Part shown: positions 58,521 through 64,000 of the stretch, one piece after another | Position numbering within the stretch: position 1 is the first letter of the stretch | Layout of the letters: each line of letters begins with the position of its first letter | Position numbers and translations under genes: made by a program | From: Smithellaceae bacterium | Lineage (GTDB): Bacteria > Desulfobacterota > Syntrophia > Syntrophales > Smithellaceae | NCBI GenBank assembly: GCA_963667845.2 | Contig: CAXXVL010000002.1 | Span: 2,720,001-2,784,000 of the forward strand | Length of the DNA stretch: 64,000 nt | Reading direction: 5' to 3' | The notes under the pieces: model-generated | Database searches by the model: none | The model's input: only the letters and a program-made list of their open reading frames with translations | What the model was told of the DNA's origin: nothing

Positions 58521-61500
58521 TTAAACAGCAGCGTCGCAGCGCAGACAGCGGCAGGCTTCTTTCATGGCATCCTCCCGGCTGAAGCCCAGTTCCACTTCCG
58601 CAAAGCTCATCTTGCGGGTGGCATGGTGCATTTCGGGCATCACCATCTGAGGCGTTTCCTCGGATTCCTCATCAATCACCAGCGGAACGATGATCTCTTC
58701 CAGTGCCGGTTTGACGTACGCCGGTTCATGGTTGGCCACACGGATGGCAGCATCAATATCATCAGCAGCCTGATGGCCGGCGCCGACCGCCGCGATAACG
58801 GTGTCGGGTCCTGTTTGGGCGTCACCACCGGCGAAGTAACGGGGGTTCGTCGTACGGGACGTGTAGCCCTTACCGACGGTGTAGCAATCCCACTTGTTGA
58901 TGTCGACTCCGATCTTCTTATCGACAAAACTCATATCCGGCACCTGGCCGATGGCGGCCACGATGGCATCGACGGACAGCGTGAATTCGGAGCCGGCAAC
59001 GGGCACCGGTCTCTTACGACCGCTGTTGTCGAAATCACCCAGCGTCATGCGCTGACAGGTGATGGATGAAACCTTGCCTTTGGCACCGTCGATCTTAAGC
59101 GGAGCGACGAGATATTCAATCTTGATGCCTTCTTCTTCGGCCGCTTTGATTTCCTCCTGGGCCGCGGGCATATCCTGTCTCAGACGACGATACAGGATCG
59201 TAACGTCGGAACCCAGTCTGAGCGCAACGCGGGCCGCGTCGATCGCCGAGTTACCGCCGCCGATCACAGCCACTTTCTTGCCCAGCGTCTTTTCGCCTTT
59301 GAGCCACTTGTCTTCGTTGTTATTGAAGTCACGCAGGAATTCAACGCCGCCAAAGACGTTAGCCAAATCTTCTCCCGTTACGCCCATCTTTGTGCTCTTA
59401 TGAGCGCCGGTGGCGAGATAGAAATAATCAAAGTCTTTTTCGATCTGATCAAACGAGATGTCCCGGCCGACACGGGTGTTGAGACGGATCTCGACGCCCA
59501 GGGCGGTGATATCGTCGATCTCGCCTTGCAGGATGGTGCGCGGCAGCCGGTAGGAAGGAATGCCCCAGTAGAGCATTCCGCCGGCTTTGTTCAGTTCTTC
59601 AAATACCGTTACCTTGTAACCGCGCAGAGCGAGATCGCGTGCGGCCGTGAGGCCCGCGGGACCACCGCCGATCACGGCGATTTTTTCCTTACGGGTGACC
59701 GGCACTGCCGCTGTCTTCGGACGCGATGCGTTGTCGGTGACAAAGCGCTTCAGGAATTTAATGGCCAGCGGCTCATCCATATTGCCGCGGCGGCATTTGG
59801 ACTGGCACTTGTGATCGCAGACGCGGCCGCAGACGGACGGGAACGGGTTGGTCTGCAGCAGAATCTTGTAAGCGTCTTCAAACCGGCCTTCACGAACCAG
59901 CGCGATGTAGGACGGAATGTCCATTTCAATCGGGCAGGTGTGCTGGCAGGGGGATTTGTACATTGCCGAGCAGACGGTCGCGCGGCAGCGATGTTCATAA
60001 ATATGCTCTTCGTATTCTTTTTTGAAGTAGCGCAGGGTGCTTAAAACAGGGTTGGGGGCCGTCTGGCCGAGACCGCACAGCGCAGCGTTCTTAATGACGC
60101 TGGCCATTTCTTCCAGCAGTTCGATATCGCCTGCTTTTCCCTTGCCTTTGGTGATGTCGGTCAGGATATCCAGCATGCGTTTCGTCCCTTCGCGGCAGGG
60201 TGTGCACTTGCCGCAGGATTCATCCTGGCAGAAGTCCATGAAGAACCTCGCCATGTCCACGGCGCACTTGTCTTCATTCATGACGATCAATCCGCCGGAG
60301 CCCATGATGGCGCCCAGCTCCGCGACTTTTTCGTAATCGACCGGGGCGTTCAAATGCTGCATAGGAATACAGCCGCCGGACGGTCCACCGAGTTGCGCCG
60401 CTTTGAATTTTTTGCCTTTGGGAATACCGCCTCCGATGTCAAAGACGATCGTTCCCAGCTTGGTGCCCATGGGAACTTCCACGAGACCCACGTTGTTCAC
60501 GTCGCCGGTGAGCGCGAAGACTTTTGTCCCCTTGCTCTTTTCCGTACCGACGGACGCATACCACTTGGCACCGCGCAGAATGATCTGGCCGACGTTGGCC
60601 AGCGTTTCGACGTTATTGAGGATGCTGGGTTTCTGCCAGAGACCCGCGACGGCCGGGAAGGGCGGACGGGGACGGGGCATGCCGCGCTTGCCTTCAATAG
60701 AGGTCATCAAAGCGGTCTCTTCGCCGCAGACAAAGGCGCCCGCACCCTGGTAAATTTCCAGATCAAAATCAAAACCGGTTCCCAAAATATCACTGCCCAG
60801 AAGACCGGCTTCCTTGGCCTGGGCGATGGCGACGTTGAGGCGATGGATGGCCAGCGGATATTCCGCGCGACAGTAGATGTAGCCATGTTGAGAGCCAATG
60901 GCTTTGGCGGCGATGACCATGCCTTCGAGAACGGCATGCGGATCGGCTTCCAGAACGCTGCGGTCCATGAACGCGCCGGGATCGCCTTCGTCGGCATTAC
61001 ATAACACGTATTTGACGTCGTCCTTGGAGCCGGCGGCAAATTTCCATTTGAGGCCGGTGGGGAATCCTGCACCGCCGCGGCCGCGCAGGCCGGAGTCCAG
61101 CATTTCCTGAACGATCTGTTCCGGCGTCATTTCGGTGAGCGCCTTGGCCATACCGGCATAGCCGTCACGAGCGATATATTCTTCGATCTTTTCAGGATCG
61201 ATCAATCCACGATTCTTTAAAACTCTCAGCTCCTGATGGGCAAAGAAAGGGATGTCCTGCATCGTGGGGATGATTTTGTCCGTGCCCGGTTCCCGGTAAA
61301 GCAGTCTTTCAACAACGCGGCCTTTGATGAGATGCTCTTCCACCAGTTCGGGCATGTCGGCCGGTTTGAGGTTAATATAAATGACGCCTTCCGGGTAAAC
61401 CACCATGATGGGACCCAGAGCGCAAAAACCATTGCAGCCGGTTTCGACGACCTTTATCTCTTCGGCCAGTTTTCTTTTGACGATTTCTTCCAGAAGGGCG

Positions 61501-61577
61501 TTCTTTACGCCGAGACTGCCGGACGCCTGGCAACCCGTGCCGCCGCAAATCAGCAAGTGTGAACGAAATACTTTCAT
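58521..61577 (-). CDS. NuoF/HydB-like diaphorase subunit fused to a GltD/NfnB-like FAD-NAD(P) domain
   Basis: Trx-like [2Fe-2S], GRGGAGF, ADEGDPGAFMD, CGEET, GGPSGG and SCGKCTPCR, followed by PCQHTCP, CGRVC, GGGPAG, GGGNSAID..YRR, AGGD and CRCLRC. Confidence 0.92.
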   Translation of the reverse strand: MKVFRSHLLICGGTGCQASGSLGVKNALLEEIVKRKLAEEIKVVETGCNGFCALGPIMVVYPEGVIYINLKPADMPELVEEHLIKGRVVERLLYREPGTDKIIPTMQDIPFFAHQELRVLKNRGLIDPEKIEEYIARDGYAGMAKALTEMTPEQIVQEMLDSGLRGRGGAGFPTGLKWKFAAGSKDDVKYVLCNADEGDPGAFMDRSVLEADPHAVLEGMVIAAKAIGSQHGYIYCRAEYPLAIHRLNVAIAQAKEAGLLGSDILGTGFDFDLEIYQGAGAFVCGEETALMTSIEGKRGMPRPRPPFPAVAGLWQKPSILNNVETLANVGQIILRGAKWYASVGTEKSKGTKVFALTGDVNNVGLVEVPMGTKLGTIVFDIGGGIPKGKKFKAAQLGGPSGGCIPMQHLNAPVDYEKVAELGAIMGSGGLIVMNEDKCAVDMARFFMDFCQDESCGKCTPCREGTKRMLDILTDITKGKGKAGDIELLEEMASVIKNAALCGLGQTAPNPVLSTLRYFKKEYEEHIYEHRCRATVCSAMYKSPCQHTCPIEMDIPSYIALVREGRFEDAYKILLQTNPFPSVCGRVCDHKCQSKCRRGNMDEPLAIKFLKRFVTDNASRPKTAAVPVTRKEKIAVIGGGPAGLTAARDLALRGYKVTVFEELNKAGGMLYWGIPSYRLPRTILQGEIDDITALGVEIRLNTRVGRDISFDQIEKDFDYFYLATGAHKSTKMGVTGEDLANVFGGVEFLRDFNNNEDKWLKGEKTLGKKVAVIGGGNSAIDAARVALRLGSDVTILYRRLRQDMPAAQEEIKAAEEEGIKIEYLVAPLKIDGAKGKVSSITCQRMTLGDFDNSGRKRPVPVAGSEFTLSVDAIVAAIGQVPDMSFVDKKIGVDINKWDCYTVGKGYTSRTTNPRYFAGGDAQTGPDTVIAAVGAGHQAADDIDAAIRVANHEPAYVKPALEEIIVPLVIDEESEETPQMVMPEMHHATRKMSFAEVELGFSREDAMKEACRCLRCDAAV

Positions 61578-61643
61578 TGATCCAAAATCCTCCTTAACAG
61601 TCACCCCACGGAAGGACGAATTCCTGCGTGACTGAACATGTAT

Positions 61644-62027
61644 TTATTTGATAACTTCAGAACCCTTGGCCAGAACGAAGGGGGTTTGTATTTCCCCCGC
61701 CAGGACATGTCTTTTAAAGATCTGTCTCATTTTGTTAGGGTTGACATATTCATATTTGATCGGCTCGGCGTTCAGAACTTCGACGGTTACCAGGGGTTCA
61801 CGGCTACATAATCCCATACAGCCGGAGGTGGTAACCACGACATCATTTACTTTAGCAGCTTCGATCTCTTCCAGCAGCGTGTCCATCACTTCCTTGGCGC
61901 CGGATGCGATGCCGCAGGTTCCCATGTGAACGGTGACTTTGACGCGGCGGTCGCCGTCGCGCAGGGACATTTCCTTGTGCACCTTTTCTTTGATCTTTTT
62001 TAAATCAGCAATTGTTATTTTCGCCAT
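61644..62027 (-). CDS. Thioredoxin-like ferredoxin subunit (HndB/HydD-like)
   Basis: VHMGTCGIASGA and SGCMGLCSREP. Confidence 0.88.
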   Translation of the reverse strand: MAKITIADLKKIKEKVHKEMSLRDGDRRVKVTVHMGTCGIASGAKEVMDTLLEEIEAAKVNDVVVTTSGCMGLCSREPLVTVEVLNAEPIKYEYVNPNKMRQIFKRHVLAGEIQTPFVLAKGSEVIK

Positions 62028-62060
62028 GAGTGTATCCTCCGTTATGTATATTCTCGATGA

Positions 62061-62555
62061 TTAATTGTATTGACTCAAAACATCTTTGATCTTGGCGGGC
62101 TTGACGCGGCCGTGAACATCATTATCCACAACAACGACGGGTCCCAGTCCGCAGGCGCCCAGACAGCGGACGGATTCCAGGGTGAACATCCGGTCCGGAG
62201 TTGTTTCGCCTTCCGTAATGCCAAACTGTTTTTCAATCGCGTCGGCAAGTGCTTTGCCTCCGCGAACATAACAGGCTGTACCCAGGCAAACGCGAACGGT
62301 GTGCTTGCCGCGCGGGGTCATGGTGAAAAACGAATAAAAGGTAACAACGCCATAGACGCGGCTGAGCGGCAGATTCAAGCCGGCGGCTATTTTCTTCTGC
62401 ACCGACAAGGGCAGGTATTCAAGACACACCTGCGCTTCTTCCAGGACAGGAATCAGTCCCCCCGGCTGGCCCTTGTGCTTTTGGATGATGCTCGAGAGCT
62501 TTTCCACCTGCTCCGGCGTGAACTCTTTTAATAATTCTGTGTCTTCGGCTTTCAT
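62061..62555 (-). CDS. NuoE/HydC-like [2Fe-2S] subunit
   Basis: VVTFYSFF, CLGTACYVRG and CLGACGLGP. Start is 62555 or 62561. Confidence 0.93.
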   Translation of the reverse strand: MKAEDTELLKEFTPEQVEKLSSIIQKHKGQPGGLIPVLEEAQVCLEYLPLSVQKKIAAGLNLPLSRVYGVVTFYSFFTMTPRGKHTVRVCLGTACYVRGGKALADAIEKQFGITEGETTPDRMFTLESVRCLGACGLGPVVVVDNDVHGRVKPAKIKDVLSQYN

Positions 62556-62584
62556 TTGCATTCCTCCTCGATCTTTGGGGCAAT

Positions 62585-63133
62585 CTATGCTTCCGGTTCG
62601 ATCTCGCTCAATCCTTCTTCAATAACGCCCCGGATATATTTAATTATCTCTGGATGGTTAATCGGTACATCCTCGATTTCTTTGCGGATTTCACGGGTGT
62701 CCATTCCAAACTGCCGGTCATTATGCCTGTGTTTATAAAAAAAATCAACCTGAGAATTAGAAATAATCAGGATTACGATTATGTTAATGATAGCACCCAG
62801 AGGTTGACGGTCCAGATGATGCAAACCAAACGTAGCCTTTACTACGGTGCCTGAATTTTCATGAGATTCAATCCGGAATGTTCCACCGGACCGCTCGGCC
62901 GCATCTTTCAGCAGCGGCAAGCCTAAGCCCACGCGCCGGACCGTCTTCGTCGTGAAAAAGGGGTCCAGGACTTTTTTAAGAACATCAGGACCCATGCCCT
63001 GACCATCATCCTTAATTTCCAGTGTCAGTAAATCATCTCGGGAGTCTTCATCAATGCTGATTTCAATAAGCGTCGCCCCGGCGCGAATGGAATTTTCAGC
63101 AATGTCCAGAATATGATCAGCCAGGGTAAGCAT
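62585..63133 (-). CDS. Stand-alone HATPase_c (histidine-kinase-like ATPase) protein
   Basis: DIAENSIRAGA, DDGQGM, DPFFTTK and GLGLP. Confidence 0.88.
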   Translation of the reverse strand: MLTLADHILDIAENSIRAGATLIEISIDEDSRDDLLTLEIKDDGQGMGPDVLKKVLDPFFTTKTVRRVGLGLPLLKDAAERSGGTFRIESHENSGTVVKATFGLHHLDRQPLGAIINIIVILIISNSQVDFFYKHRHNDRQFGMDTREIRKEIEDVPINHPEIIKYIRGVIEEGLSEIEPEA

Positions 63134-63135
63134 GA

Positions 63136-63873
63136 CTACTCCAGGATGTGACGGCCGTTCTGTTTCAGAAGGGACATCTTCAATTCATTTAAGGTCGGTT
63201 CTTCGAGGAGAACCTGTGTAGTCGATGTGCCGATGTCCTTGATAAAATGCGCGTCGGAAGACGTCAAAAACGGATATCGGCTTAACTCGGCGTACCGGGT
63301 GCGGGCCTGCCGAAGGCCGGTTAATTTGGATATTTCCAGAGCGTCAAAATGGGCCTGATCGTCAATAAAACCCAGCTGGCTTAAGATGCTGAAACTTTCC
63401 CGGTCAATATGCGCCGGGATGGCCAGGCCTCTCAGCTGATGAATGGTACTGACGATTGAATCAATCGACAGGTCCGTTGCTCCGATCAACAATTGACTGT
63501 TCAGGCCCTCCACTTCGCCATGCTCGTTGACAATGGCCTGAACACCGAATCGGTTTTCATCGTTTTCTCCGAAGAGGTGCTGGTCAACAAGCGTCTGAAG
63601 TTGCAGAAGATCAGACAGCGTCTCAAAAAGAGCCAGCAAATGCACTTCTTCAGAGGTCGTGATTTCCATTGCCGGAATAATCTGAATGTTTTTACCTGCG
63701 GCGGCTGCCATAACGAAAGGAACGTTTGCGGATGCGTTATGATCGCTGATGGCGATGACGTCGATTTTCTTTTCTAATGCCCTTTGAATGAGAGCCTGCG
63801 GATGCATGTCCAGTTCGGCGCAAGGTGATAGGCAGGTATGGATATGAAGATCGCAATTATAAACTTTTAACAT
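63136..63873 (-). CDS. PHP-domain phosphoesterase
   Basis: DLHIHTCLSPC, SDHN, EEVH, AHIDR and SSDAH. Confidence 0.9.
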   Translation of the reverse strand: MLKVYNCDLHIHTCLSPCAELDMHPQALIQRALEKKIDVIAISDHNASANVPFVMAAAAGKNIQIIPAMEITTSEEVHLLALFETLSDLLQLQTLVDQHLFGENDENRFGVQAIVNEHGEVEGLNSQLLIGATDLSIDSIVSTIHQLRGLAIPAHIDRESFSILSQLGFIDDQAHFDALEISKLTGLRQARTRYAELSRYPFLTSSDAHFIKDIGTSTTQVLLEEPTLNELKMSLLKQNGRHILE

Positions 63874-63947
63874 CGGCTTTCACCGCCGGAAGCCATGACC
63901 ATTAACGCCGGACATATTCAGGATTGATGTTTTCGATCAATCGGCTT

Positions 63948-64000
63948 TTAAGCCGTCAGTAAATTATAGATTTTGCCCGATATTTCGAAAGCAGGCAAAT
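63948..64000 (-). CDS. 3' end of a probable DRTGG-domain protein (partial)
   Basis: Manual translation ...LPAFEISGKIYNLLTA*; position upstream of PHP and HATPase genes fits this gene cluster. Confidence 0.5.
   Translation of the reverse strand, partial: LPAFEISGKIYNLLTA

Overview
An anaerobic energy-metabolism region from a Gram-negative bacterium. Gene content and protein style suggest a syntrophic deltaproteobacterium such as Smithella or Syntrophus (inference only). From left to right it holds: a TRAP transporter/CoA-transferase/2-hydroxyacyl-CoA dehydratase operon, preceded by a PAS-PAS-LuxR regulator whose N-terminus resembles an IS1634 transposase; an NCS2 permease and a large dehydratase activase; an ALDH-sppA-ABC-nuclease operon; uppP; two fluoride riboswitches bracketing a GGGtGRT/IscU-like gene pair; a selenocysteine formate dehydrogenase that the ORF track splits at UGA, plus an MFS transporter; [FeFe]-hydrogenase maturases (TM1266-hydG-hydE and aspA-hydF); nikR with an ECF nickel importer; a membrane-bound [NiFe]-hydrogenase with hyp genes; and a multimeric [FeFe]-hydrogenase whose NuoF-like subunit is fused to a GltD/NfnB-like domain. 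The best novelty candidate is a riboswitch-like attenuator in the TM1266-hydG-hydE leader, with mutually exclusive terminator, antiterminator and anti-antiterminator pairings. No rRNA, tRNA, CRISPR array or intact mobile element was seen. All family assignments come from motif recognition by eye; no database searches were run.
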